Part shown: piece after piece, positions 26,040 through 34,351 of the stretch
Numbering within the stretch: position 1 is the first letter of the stretch
Layout: each line of letters begins with the position of its first letter
NCBI RefSeq assembly: GCF_047606385.1
Contig: NZ_JASGEL010000091.1
Coordinates: 1,785 to 65,784, forward strand
Direction of reading: 5' to 3'
Source of the DNA: Microbacterium sp.
GTDB taxonomy: Bacteria > Actinomycetota > Actinomycetes > Actinomycetales > Microbacteriaceae
DNA: 64,000 nucleotides
Notes under the pieces: generated by a model
Told to the model about the DNA's origin: nothing
Database searches by the model: none
Seen by the model: the letters and a program-made list of their open reading frames with translations, nothing else
Program-made: the position numbers and the translations under genes

Positions 26040-26307
26040 TCGGCGTACTTCGGCGTCGCGGTCGACGGCCCGGGTCGGCAGAGCGAGCTGTTCGAGAAGA
26101 ACGTGCCCTTCCGACCGGACTGGGAGAACGTGCTCACGCCCGTGCTCGACGCCGTGCTCGGCCTCGACGGCGTGGACGCCGGCCGGGTCGCCGTCTACGG
26201 CATCAGCCAGGGCGGCTCCTGGGTCGCGCGCGGCATCTCGTTCGCTCGCATGCGGCGTCACGGCGCAGCGCATGTTCGACTGGCTCGATGAGACGCTGGG
26301 ACGCTGA
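26040..26307 (+). pseudogene. Remnant of an alpha/beta-hydrolase (FrsA/peptidase S9-like) gene
   Basis: One frame gives YFGVAVDGPGRQSELFEKNVPFRPDWENVLTPVLDAVLGLDGVDAGRVAVYGISQGG (nucleophile elbow). A second frame gives the C-terminal end TAQRMFDWLDETLGR-stop. The N-terminus and most of the cap/C-terminal domain are missing. Confidence 0.5.
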
Positions 26308-26317
26308 CGCCCGATCG

Positions 26318-26659
26318 TCACGGATGCGTCGGGTCCGCACGCCGCCTCACGTCGACGACACCGGCGAGAGGAGCGGGGACCGCCACGATCCAGCTCCTCC
26401 CGGGGATGGAGGTGCCGGCGCGCGTCACGTACTCGTCGACGGTCAGGACGTACTCGTCCCCGACGCCGGACTCGTCCAGCGTCCCCGGCACGACGACGCC
26501 GTCGCGGAACAGGACGAGGAGGTCCCCCGTGGCGATGTCCTCGGTCCCCGTGCTCAGGCGCGCGCCGGGGTAGAGATGGCTGTGCGGTGTCGACCATGCC
26601 GGCACCTCGTCGTTCCCACCCGCCATGGCACCCACCTTAGAGGGCTCCACGGAGGTCAT
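26318..26659 (-). CDS. Hypothetical protein (113 aa)
   Basis: The ATG at 26659 overlaps the stop of the AKR gene (ATGA). No recognisable motif. Confidence 0.4.
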   Translation of the reverse strand: MTSVEPSKVGAMAGGNDEVPAWSTPHSHLYPGARLSTGTEDIATGDLLVLFRDGVVVPGTLDESGVGDEYVLTVDEYVTRAGTSIPGRSWIVAVPAPLAGVVDVRRRADPTHP

Positions 26660-27600
26660 CTCCCGCTGGCGTCGTCGAGTCGACCGATGTCGTCCGCGGT
26701 CAGCTCCAGCCGGACGGCGTCGAAGATCACGCCGAGCTGATCCGGCACCCGCGCGCTGCTGACCGGCGCCGCCACGGTGGGCTTGGCCAGGAGCCATGCG
26801 AGGGACACCGCCCCCGGAGCCGTGTCGTGCGCGGCGGCGACCTCGTCGAGCGCGGCGAGCACGCGTCGGCCCCGATCGGTGGCGAGATAGGCGTAGCCCG
26901 TCTCCGCCCGCGGTCCGGTCACCGTCACCCCGTCCCGATATTTCCCGGTGAGGAAGCCGCGCGCCATGGCGTTGTACGGCAGCACGGCCAGCCCGTGCTC
27001 GGCGGCCAAGGTCTCATAGGTGTCTTCGAAGCCGCGCTCGACCAGGTTGTAGAGCGTCTGCAGCGCCACCGGCCGGTAGAGGCCTTCCTCGTCGGCCGCG
27101 CGTATCCAGGCGCGGATGCGGTCCGGAGCCATGTTCGAGACGGCGGGGTATCGGATCCTGCCTTCGTCGACCAGGGCGCTGAACGTCTCCGCGACGTCCT
27201 CGATGGGCACCAGCGGGTCATCGTCGTGCACGTAGTAGAGATCGACGTAGTCGGTCTGCAGCCGGCGGAGCGAGCCCTCGAGCGCCGCGCGCACGGTGGC
27301 GGGGGCCAGGCCCTTGTACCGCGGGTGGTTGCCCGCCTTCGTCGCGATGACGAGGTCCTCCCGGTTCCCGTGGGCCCTCAGCCAGGTGCCGATGACCGTC
27401 TCCGACTCGCCGCCGGCGTGCCCGTCGACCCATGCCGAGTAGGAGTCGGCGGTGTCGACGAAGTTGCCGCCGAGACCGACGTAGCGATCGAGGACCGCGT
27501 GGCTGGTGGCTTCGTCGGACGTCCAGCCGAAGGTGTTGCCGCCCAGGTTGACCGGGAAGACGCGGAGATCGCTGGCTCCCAGCGTGGATCGCTCAGCCAC
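26656..27600 (-). CDS. Aldo/keto reductase
   Basis: 314 aa with an AKR pattern (FVDTADSYS, LVIATK, YYVHDDDP, VLPYNAMARGFLTGKY). Confidence 0.9.
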   Translation of the reverse strand: MAERSTLGASDLRVFPVNLGGNTFGWTSDEATSHAVLDRYVGLGGNFVDTADSYSAWVDGHAGGESETVIGTWLRAHGNREDLVIATKAGNHPRYKGLAPATVRAALEGSLRRLQTDYVDLYYVHDDDPLVPIEDVAETFSALVDEGRIRYPAVSNMAPDRIRAWIRAADEEGLYRPVALQTLYNLVERGFEDTYETLAAEHGLAVLPYNAMARGFLTGKYRDGVTVTGPRAETGYAYLATDRGRRVLAALDEVAAAHDTAPGAVSLAWLLAKPTVAAPVSSARVPDQLGVIFDAVRLELTADDIGRLDDASGR

Positions 27601-27638
27601 TGCCGTTCCTCACTTCTCCCTCTCGACGACCCCGGTCG

Positions 27639-28787
27639 TCAGCGCGCGGTGGACGCCAGCGGGCCGGCCGTGTCCCGGTTCGCGAAGCGGTCGGGCCGGA
27701 AGCCCTCGAGGTCCGCCGCCTGACCGCCGAGGTCGTCCGCGATCAGGCTCGCGAGCGCAGGCGCCAACGTCACGGCGTTGTGGGTGACGGCGAAGTAGAT
27801 GCCCGGCGCCTGCGCGGACTCCCCCACCACGGGCAGTCCGCCCTGCGGGATCGCGCGAACCCCGGAACGGGTGCCCTCCACGGGGATGTCCGCCAGTGCC
27901 GGCACGATCGCACGCGCACGGCGCAGGGCCTCCGTGACCAGCGGGTCGTCGATGGCGAGGTGGCGCACCTGCTCCGACTGGGTGAGCTGGTCCGTGCCGA
28001 TCATGAGGCGGCCGCCGCCGTCGGGTCGCAGCGAGACCCCCGGGGCGAGCACGACGCGGTCGAGCGAGACCGGCGCCGGCGCCGTGACCGTCTGGTTCCC
28101 CGGCACGCTCTCGATCGGGATGTCGAGCCCGACACCGCGCGCGAGCGCCTGCGCTCCGGAGCCGGCCGCGAGCACGACGCGGTCGGCGTCGATCCGGACG
28201 CCGTCCTCGAGCAGCACCGCGGGGCGATCGCCGGCGATGAGCCGCGCCACGCGGCCGCGCAGATATCTGGAGTCATGCCGGTTGGCCGCCCGATCGAGCA
28301 GGGCGTTGACGAGGGGGACGACGTAGGCGTGGCCGCCCTGCCGCACCACGAAGACGCTGTCCACGCGCTCGGTGTCGAGACGCAGGTCCGGTTCGATCGC
28401 GCGCAGACCGTCGACCGAGAGCTCGTCGACGGTCACGTCCCATCCGCGCAGCTCGGCGACCGCGCCTCGCAGGTCGGCGACGCGCGTGGCGTCGTCCCGG
28501 TCCGCCCAGTGGATGCTGCCGTGGAACGTCGCCCAGTCGCCGCCGGTCTCGCTCAGCAGCCGCTGATATTCGTCCATCGCCCGGACGTGGAGGTCGAAGA
28601 CGGCCCGGGGTCCCTTGTCGAAGGCGTTGATCCAGCCGAACGCCGCCTTGCTGGTGCCGCCCGCGGGGTACGTCTCGTCCACGAGCGTGACGCGCGCGCC
28701 GCTCTCGGCGAGACGGAGCGCGACGCAGGTGCCCATGACTCCGGCCCCCACGACGACCACATGCGCGCCGGTCAGTTTTCGGGACAT
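27639..28787 (-). CDS. FAD-dependent oxidoreductase (DAO family, D-amino-acid/glycine-oxidase-like)
   Basis: Start at ATG 28787 (RBS GGAG). Dinucleotide fold VVVVGAGVMGTCVALRLAESG. 382 aa. Confidence 0.85.
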   Translation of the reverse strand: MSRKLTGAHVVVVGAGVMGTCVALRLAESGARVTLVDETYPAGGTSKAAFGWINAFDKGPRAVFDLHVRAMDEYQRLLSETGGDWATFHGSIHWADRDDATRVADLRGAVAELRGWDVTVDELSVDGLRAIEPDLRLDTERVDSVFVVRQGGHAYVVPLVNALLDRAANRHDSRYLRGRVARLIAGDRPAVLLEDGVRIDADRVVLAAGSGAQALARGVGLDIPIESVPGNQTVTAPAPVSLDRVVLAPGVSLRPDGGGRLMIGTDQLTQSEQVRHLAIDDPLVTEALRRARAIVPALADIPVEGTRSGVRAIPQGGLPVVGESAQAPGIYFAVTHNAVTLAPALASLIADDLGGQAADLEGFRPDRFANRDTAGPLASTAR

Positions 28788-28852
28788 GGTGAACTCCGCT
28801 TCCGCCGGTGACAAGGGATGGCAGGTTTTAGGCTACCAACTTGTCGGCGAGA

Positions 28853-28874
28853 TTGCATAGTTCTTTGTGTGCAA
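28853..28874. promoter_or_regulatory. Split island motif TTGCA-N12-TGCAA
   Basis: TTGCATAGTTCTTTGTGTGCAA lies 66 nt upstream of the DAO-family gene start. It is preceded by CAACTTGTCGGC (28837-28848), which resembles GAACTTGTCCGC at 42148-42159. Confidence 0.3.
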
Positions 28875-28906
28875 AGCAGTGCAGAGGCCTCATCCGGCGT
28901 CCGGAT

Positions 28907-29581
28907 CTACCCTGCGGCGCGCCCCGGGGGGAACGCCCGCGCGATGATCGCCAGCGAGAACTCGACGTGCTCCCGCGCGCACTCGCCCGCCCGGTCGACG
29001 TCTCCCGCCAGGATCGCGTCCAGGGTCTCCGCGTGCTGCTCCGCGGACAGCTGGATGTCTGCCGGCGAGTAGAGCATCGCGACCCGGCTGTTGAAGTGGT
29101 AGACCTCGTTGTTGGCCAGGAGCTGCTCGATGCGGGGGTTGTTCGCCGCCCTCACGACGAGACGGTGGAACTGACTGTTCGCCTTCATCCGCGCATCGGC
29201 GGTCAGGTCCGTCGCGGTCGCGCTCTCACGGAAGGCCTCGAGCTCCGCCTTCTGCTCATCGGTGCCACGCGTGGCCGCGAGACGGGCGGCGTACGACTCG
29301 AGCGCCGCACGCACCTCGTAGACCTGCGTGATCTCGTCGTACGCATGCTCGTGCACGACCCATCGGCGGCGGCGGGACTCGATGAGGCCGTCGGCGGCCA
29401 GCCGCTGCAGGGACTCCCGCACCGGCGTCCGGCTCACCTGCAGCCGCTCGGCGATGTCGGCCTCGACGAGGGCCTCGTTCGGGCGCAACGCTCCGTTGAG
29501 GATGTTCTCGCGAAGCTGCCGGTAGACGAAGTCCGTCCGCTTCACGGCGCCCACGCGGCTGTCGACCGCATCCGTCGTCAC
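28907..29581 (-). CDS. GntR-family transcriptional regulator (FCD subfamily)
   Basis: 224 aa. HTH (LVEADIAERLQVSRTPVRESLQRLAADGLI) and an FCD domain. GTG start at 29581 with no obvious RBS, so the transcript may be leaderless. Confidence 0.85.
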   Translation of the reverse strand: MTTDAVDSRVGAVKRTDFVYRQLRENILNGALRPNEALVEADIAERLQVSRTPVRESLQRLAADGLIESRRRRWVVHEHAYDEITQVYEVRAALESYAARLAATRGTDEQKAELEAFRESATATDLTADARMKANSQFHRLVVRAANNPRIEQLLANNEVYHFNSRVAMLYSPADIQLSAEQHAETLDAILAGDVDRAGECAREHVEFSLAIIARAFPPGRAAG

Positions 29582-29598
29582 GGTAACACCAACTCATG

Positions 29599-29609
29599 TT
29601 GCATGCTAA
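29599..29609. promoter_or_regulatory. Island motif TTGCATGCTAA upstream of GntR gene
   Basis: It lies 18 nt upstream of the GntR start. It is flanked by the 11-mer CACGGTAACAC (29579-29589), which is also present at 49868-49878. Confidence 0.4.
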
Positions 29610-29696
29610 CGAGAATACAGAATCACCCCCGACGCCCGTCGGTCGACGTCGAAGTCCGTCATGCGGGCGCGCCGGTGACGCTGCGAGCCGACGGGG

Positions 29697-30578
29697 TCAC
29701 CCCCGCCGGCGAGCCCGGAGGACGTCGATCACTCGCGAGTCGTCCCTGCGGCCCAGACCGGCGTCGCTTCCCTCGCGGAACAGCGCACGCGCGGTCGACG
29801 CCAGCGGTGTAATCGACTCGGCGTCCTCGACGGCGCCGGTGACGAGCCCCAGGTCCTTGACGAAGATGTCGATCGCGCTGCGGACCTCGTCGCCCTCCGC
29901 GGCGACCATGCGGCGGCCGCGGTCGTCGAGCATGAACGAGGCGGCCGCGCCGTGTCGGATCACCTCGTACGTCGCCGCGGGATCCAGCCCGAGCGTCTCG
30001 GCATAGGCGAGCGCCTCCGCCGCGGCCGCGATGTGGACGCCGCAGAGGAGCTGGTTGACGAGCTTGACCTTCTGCCCCACGCCCGGGGCGTCCCCCACGA
30101 TCGAGACCGTGCTCGCCATCGTGCTCAGCAACGGCTCGATCACGGCGAGCGCCTCCGGCGCCCCGCTGACCATGGCCAGCAGGTCCCCGCTGCCGGCGCG
30201 GGCGACGCCGCCGGACACCGGCGCGTCCACGACCGAGACCCCCGCCTGCTCGAGGCGCGAGGCGATGGCCTCCACGGCGGCGGGGCCCACCGTGGACATG
30301 ATCATCACCGTGCTGCCCGGCGCGAGGGATCCGGCCGCGCCGTCCGGTCCGAACAGGACGGAATCCGCCTGATCCGGCGTCGCGACCATCACCACGAGCA
30401 CGTCGGCGCCTTCCGCGACCGCCGCGCTGCCGGCCCCCGCGCCGACGCCCTGAGCCGCGACATCCGTCACGGACCGCGGGTTGACGTCGAACGCCGTCAC
30501 CTCGAAGCCCGCGCGCACGAGGCGCACCGCCATCGGCGCACCCATGGCGCCCAACCCGATCCATCCGACCCTCGTCAT
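29697..30578 (-). CDS. NAD(P)-dependent beta-hydroxyacid dehydrogenase (HIBADH/LtnD-like)
   Basis: 293 aa with Rossmann motif VGWIGLGAMGAPMA and a 6PGDH-type NAD-binding domain plus C-terminal helical domain. Strong RBS GAGGAGGA. Confidence 0.85.
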   Translation of the reverse strand: MTRVGWIGLGAMGAPMAVRLVRAGFEVTAFDVNPRSVTDVAAQGVGAGAGSAAVAEGADVLVVMVATPDQADSVLFGPDGAAGSLAPGSTVMIMSTVGPAAVEAIASRLEQAGVSVVDAPVSGGVARAGSGDLLAMVSGAPEALAVIEPLLSTMASTVSIVGDAPGVGQKVKLVNQLLCGVHIAAAAEALAYAETLGLDPAATYEVIRHGAAASFMLDDRGRRMVAAEGDEVRSAIDIFVKDLGLVTGAVEDAESITPLASTARALFREGSDAGLGRRDDSRVIDVLRARRRG

Positions 30579-30591
30579 TCGTTCCTCCTCG

Positions 30592-32046
30592 TCATGCGGA
30601 CTGCTCGTTCAACGCGGTGACGACCTCGAGCAGGCTCGACTCGTCGCCGACGTTTCCCGGGAAGATGATGAACGGCACCCCGCGGGCGAGGTCGGCCGAG
30701 TCCGAGGGGATCATGACCGACACCCCGGGCCGCAGCTGGCCGAGCAGCGCCGCGCGCCGGATGCCGAGGCCCCGCACCGCGACGTCATGCGAGGTGATGC
30801 CGCCTTTGGCCACGACCCAGCCGGGGCGAGACGCCAGCACTCCCTGGACGACGGCGACCAGCGCCGTCGACACGGCCTGGGCGATCGCCAGGCTCTCCTC
30901 CGGCCCTGCGCCGTCGACGCGGCGACGGCTGGTGTACACCATGACGTCGGACGAGCGCAGCGCGTCCCGCACCCGCTCGACGGTGCGCCGCACGTGCGCG
31001 TCGCGCGTGCCCGGGTCCAGCAGCGGTGCGACGTCGAACTCGATGTCCGCCGCCCGGCCGGCCTGCCGCACCCGATCCAGCTGCCGGCCGGTCATGGCCA
31101 CATGGGATCCGGCGATGATCAGGCCGGGCCGCCGCGGCCGGCCTGCCGGCCAGATCTCCGCCGCGGTGACCAGGGCTCGCGGCTCGCTGCCGATCAGTGC
31201 GGCGACGAAGGAGGGCCCGGTGCGCATGAGGAAGCGCCGGCCGCCCTCCTGCGCACGGAGGATCCCCAGCATCGCGACCTCGTAGTCCGCGTCCTCGATG
31301 CCGTCGAGGACGACGAACCTGCCGTCGGCGACGTCGGCGAGCATCCGGGCGACCCGGTCCGGACCGCCCTCGCGGATGTCCGTCAGGGTCACGGCCGAGA
31401 TGTCGTCCCGCCGCACCGTTCCGCCGCTCTTCTCGACGATGAAGTCGCGCAGATCGGAGGACGCGTACCCGAAGGTCGCGTCGCGGGCGAACTCGGTGTC
31501 CGCGACCGGGACGTACTCCCCGGCCACCTTCGCCCAGTGCACCGACCCCGCGGTGACCCGCCCTGCGGCGAACAGCGCCGGCGCGACGATCACGCCGTCG
31601 TATCCGCGACCGAGGACCTCACGGCGGGCGTCGTCGAGCGCGCGCACCTCGTCGAGGATGTGCCCGCGCAACGTCGAGTCGCTGCGGCTCACCATGTCGA
31701 GCTCGAAGCCCTCGCGCTCCGATATCCGCAGCAGGTCCCGGGCGACCGTCGCCGTCAGCTCGACGGCGTCCGCGCGCTGCATGCCGCGCGTGTTCGTCAG
31801 GACGAAGGTCGCGCCGTCCGCCCGGCCGAGCGCGGAGGCGTACACGGCGGGGTCGAGGGCGGTCACGATCTCGACGTCGTGCACGGACTGCGATCCGGTG
31901 GGATCGTCGTCCAGCACGACCGTGCGGCCCCCGGACCGGCGACGTGCCCGGCGGATCGTCTCGCGTGCGCCCTCGACGCGCAGCGGCGGCGGGCACCCCT
32001 CCAGGCCCGGGACCGCGCCCGGGACCGCCGGCGTGGCGCTGCTCAT
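30592..32046 (-). CDS. Four-carbon acid-sugar kinase family protein (DUF1537, OtnK/DtnK-like)
   Basis: Internal ATG at 32046 (MSSATPAV...), 484 aa. N-terminal VLDDDPTGSQ and C-terminal KGGITS motifs are typical of DUF1537 kinases. ATGA overlap with the upstream regulator stop. Confidence 0.8.
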   Translation of the reverse strand: MSSATPAVPGAVPGLEGCPPPLRVEGARETIRRARRRSGGRTVVLDDDPTGSQSVHDVEIVTALDPAVYASALGRADGATFVLTNTRGMQRADAVELTATVARDLLRISEREGFELDMVSRSDSTLRGHILDEVRALDDARREVLGRGYDGVIVAPALFAAGRVTAGSVHWAKVAGEYVPVADTEFARDATFGYASSDLRDFIVEKSGGTVRRDDISAVTLTDIREGGPDRVARMLADVADGRFVVLDGIEDADYEVAMLGILRAQEGGRRFLMRTGPSFVAALIGSEPRALVTAAEIWPAGRPRRPGLIIAGSHVAMTGRQLDRVRQAGRAADIEFDVAPLLDPGTRDAHVRRTVERVRDALRSSDVMVYTSRRRVDGAGPEESLAIAQAVSTALVAVVQGVLASRPGWVVAKGGITSHDVAVRGLGIRRAALLGQLRPGVSVMIPSDSADLARGVPFIIFPGNVGDESSLLEVVTALNEQSA

Positions 32047-33812
32047 GCGAGGCCGGAGCGGCGGCGCGATCCGTCGACGGTGGGAAGCAGGTCCAGCGCC
32101 ATGGTCACCCTGGTCAGGTCGCGATAGGAGTGCAGGTCCAGTCCGGTGAGCTCGGCGATGCGCTCCAGGCGCTTGTGCAGCGTGTTGGCGTGGATGTTGA
32201 GGTCCTCCGACGTGGCGTTGATGTGGCCGTCGTGGTCGACGAAGGAGCGGAGCGTGCGGACCATGTCGGACTTGCGGCGCTCGTCGTAGTCGGCCACCGC
32301 CCCGAGGACGGACGTCACGAAGGCCTGCATCTGATCCGCGGACATCGAGCCGGTCACCTCGACGAACGATCCGAAGTCGGAGTAGAAGGCCAGCGGCGAC
32401 GCACCGGTGGCCAACGCGGAGGCGAGGCGCGCCTCGCGGGCTCCGCGCACGACCTGGCCGAGCCCGTAGATCGAGGAGCTGACCGCGAGCTGCTCGGCGT
32501 CCGGGTGGGCGTTGAGCACCGCCGTCGCGGACTCCACCGGGACCGACCCGCCGCGCAGCAGGAGCAGCAGGTCCTGGCCGTCCGCGACCGCGCTCAGCAC
32601 GTTCCAGCCGTATGCCGCGAAGCCGCGGGCACGCCGGCTCATCCTCACGGCCGACTCGGGGGTGGGGGTGCGCATGACGGCGACCGTCATCACGGACTCG
32701 TCGGCGACGCCGAGCAGCCCGGCGAACTCCTTGATCTGCGCGCGGTTGAGCGTGCCGTGCGCCAGTGCGAGCAGCATGGTCGGAAGCGCGAGCGTGGTCA
32801 GCGCGGAATCGGTGCGCGTGGCCTGCAGGTGACCGCCGATGACCAGGGCCGCCTGACGGGCGACCACGTGGTCGAACCGGCTCTCGTCGTCGAGCACGGG
32901 GGCGATCAGCACGTACCCCAGATGGGAGCCGCTGCCCGCGCCGTCGATCGGCACGACCGTGCATCGCCCGTCGCCGGCGGCATCCCCCCGACCGTCGGCC
33001 AGCGCCACCGACGTGTCCCGCAGCGCCGGCACCGAGGCCGGGTCGGCGTGGAGGGCCAGCTCGTTCCCCTCGGCGTCGATCACGAGCACCGACCGCTTCA
33101 GCACGCCGGAGGCGATCCGCGCGACCTGGGTCGGCGTCGTCGGCGACCCCTCGGACAGCAGCTGGATCATGTTCGACTGGGCGACGTACACGTTCTGCAG
33201 CTGGGAGTTGTCGGCCTGCAGCCGGCCTTGCACGTCCTCCAGTGCGCGGCGGAGCTCCTCGCCCTTCTCCGCCTGGACGGCCGTCGCCATGCCGATCGCG
33301 GCGAGACGGCACGTCAGCGACACCAGCTCCTCGTAGTCGCGCAGCTCGTCGTGCGGCGTGTGCCACGAGCAGGTCATCACGCCCACGACCGACGCGTCGC
33401 GGGTGATCGGGCTGTAGTAGACCGACTTCACGCCGGCCTTGCTGAGCAGCTTGTACGTCAGCGACCTGCGGTCGTACTCGTCGATGTCGAGGAAGATCGG
33501 CTTCCCGGTGGTGAACACCTCGACGGACGGGTCGAGTCTGCCGCGCACCTTGTTCGACAGGGTCGCGTCGCCGAGCTCCAGCTCCTCGGTGTGGGGATGC
33601 GGGCCGGCCTGCCCGGCCGGGACCAGCCGCGTGTCCCGGAGGACACGGATGTTGACCTCGTAGCAGTCCAGGTACTCCTTGACGTAGACGCAGATCTGCT
33701 CGAGCGTCGCGGTCAGCGAGCGGAAGCCGCTGACGTCGAGCGCCGACTCCGCGACGTGGAACAGGCCTTGGACCATCTCGAGACTCGACGATGACGTCGT
33801 CTTCACAGGCAT
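32043..33812 (-). CDS. PucR/CdaR-family transcriptional regulator with N-terminal GAF-like domain
   Basis: Start at ATG 33812 (RBS GGAGAG). The C-terminal PucR HTH is NATSEDLNIHANTLHKRLERIAELTG. The N-terminal ~170 aa are GAF-like. Confidence 0.75.
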   Translation of the reverse strand: MPVKTTSSSSLEMVQGLFHVAESALDVSGFRSLTATLEQICVYVKEYLDCYEVNIRVLRDTRLVPAGQAGPHPHTEELELGDATLSNKVRGRLDPSVEVFTTGKPIFLDIDEYDRRSLTYKLLSKAGVKSVYYSPITRDASVVGVMTCSWHTPHDELRDYEELVSLTCRLAAIGMATAVQAEKGEELRRALEDVQGRLQADNSQLQNVYVAQSNMIQLLSEGSPTTPTQVARIASGVLKRSVLVIDAEGNELALHADPASVPALRDTSVALADGRGDAAGDGRCTVVPIDGAGSGSHLGYVLIAPVLDDESRFDHVVARQAALVIGGHLQATRTDSALTTLALPTMLLALAHGTLNRAQIKEFAGLLGVADESVMTVAVMRTPTPESAVRMSRRARGFAAYGWNVLSAVADGQDLLLLLRGGSVPVESATAVLNAHPDAEQLAVSSSIYGLGQVVRGAREARLASALATGASPLAFYSDFGSFVEVTGSMSADQMQAFVTSVLGAVADYDERRKSDMVRTLRSFVDHDGHINATSEDLNIHANTLHKRLERIAELTGLDLHSYRDLTRVTMALDLLPTVDGSRRRSGLA

Positions 33813-33835
33813 GTGCGCTCTCCGCATCTTCCGAA

Positions 33836-34351
33836 TCAGTACTGGGGGACCTGGAGCGGGTACATCGCCCGCTGGTAGTACGCGAGCGGGACCTCGTCGA
33901 ACTCGTCCTGACCCGCCGCCACGACCTCGGCGAAGAACAGGCCGTGCGTGCCGCGCCGCTCCACGTCGACCACCCGGCAGTCCATCCACGCCGCCGCGCC
34001 CTGAATGATGGGGGAACCCGTCAGCCGTGGGCTGTGGTCGACGCGTTCGAACCGCTGCTGGTGCGACATCCCGGGGGTGGCGAACAGCTCGGCGATCCAG
34101 CGGTGCGAGCCGGCGAGGATGTTCGCCGCGTAGACGCCGCTGTCGAGCACCTCCTGGTACCCGCGGTTCTTCATGTTGAGGCAGATCAGCACCGTGGCCG
34201 GCGCGAACGTGATCGAGGTGAACGAGTTGATGGTCATGCCCACCGGACCCTCCGCGCCCTTCGTGGTGGCGACCACGACGCCCGTCACGAGTCGGGACAT
34301 GGCCGCCCTGAGGTCGCCCGGCGGGACCTGCGACGACGCCGGCTGAGACAT
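33836..34351 (-). CDS. Flavin reductase (HpaC/NADH:FMN oxidoreductase family)
   Basis: 171 aa with a pattern typical of flavin reductase-like domains (LRAAMSRLVTGVVVATT...GMTINSFTSI). Its start overlaps the monooxygenase stop by 1 nt. Confidence 0.85.
   Translation of the reverse strand: MSQPASSQVPPGDLRAAMSRLVTGVVVATTKGAEGPVGMTINSFTSITFAPATVLICLNMKNRGYQEVLDSGVYAANILAGSHRWIAELFATPGMSHQQRFERVDHSPRLTGSPIIQGAAAWMDCRVVDVERRGTHGLFFAEVVAAGQDEFDEVPLAYYQRAMYPLQVPQY

Noticed and set aside
29629-29642. Short hairpin CCGAC-GCCC-GTCGG after the HIBADH-like gene as a terminator
   Set aside because: It has only a 5-bp stem. It might contribute to termination ahead of the GntR promoter but is too weak to report as a feature.
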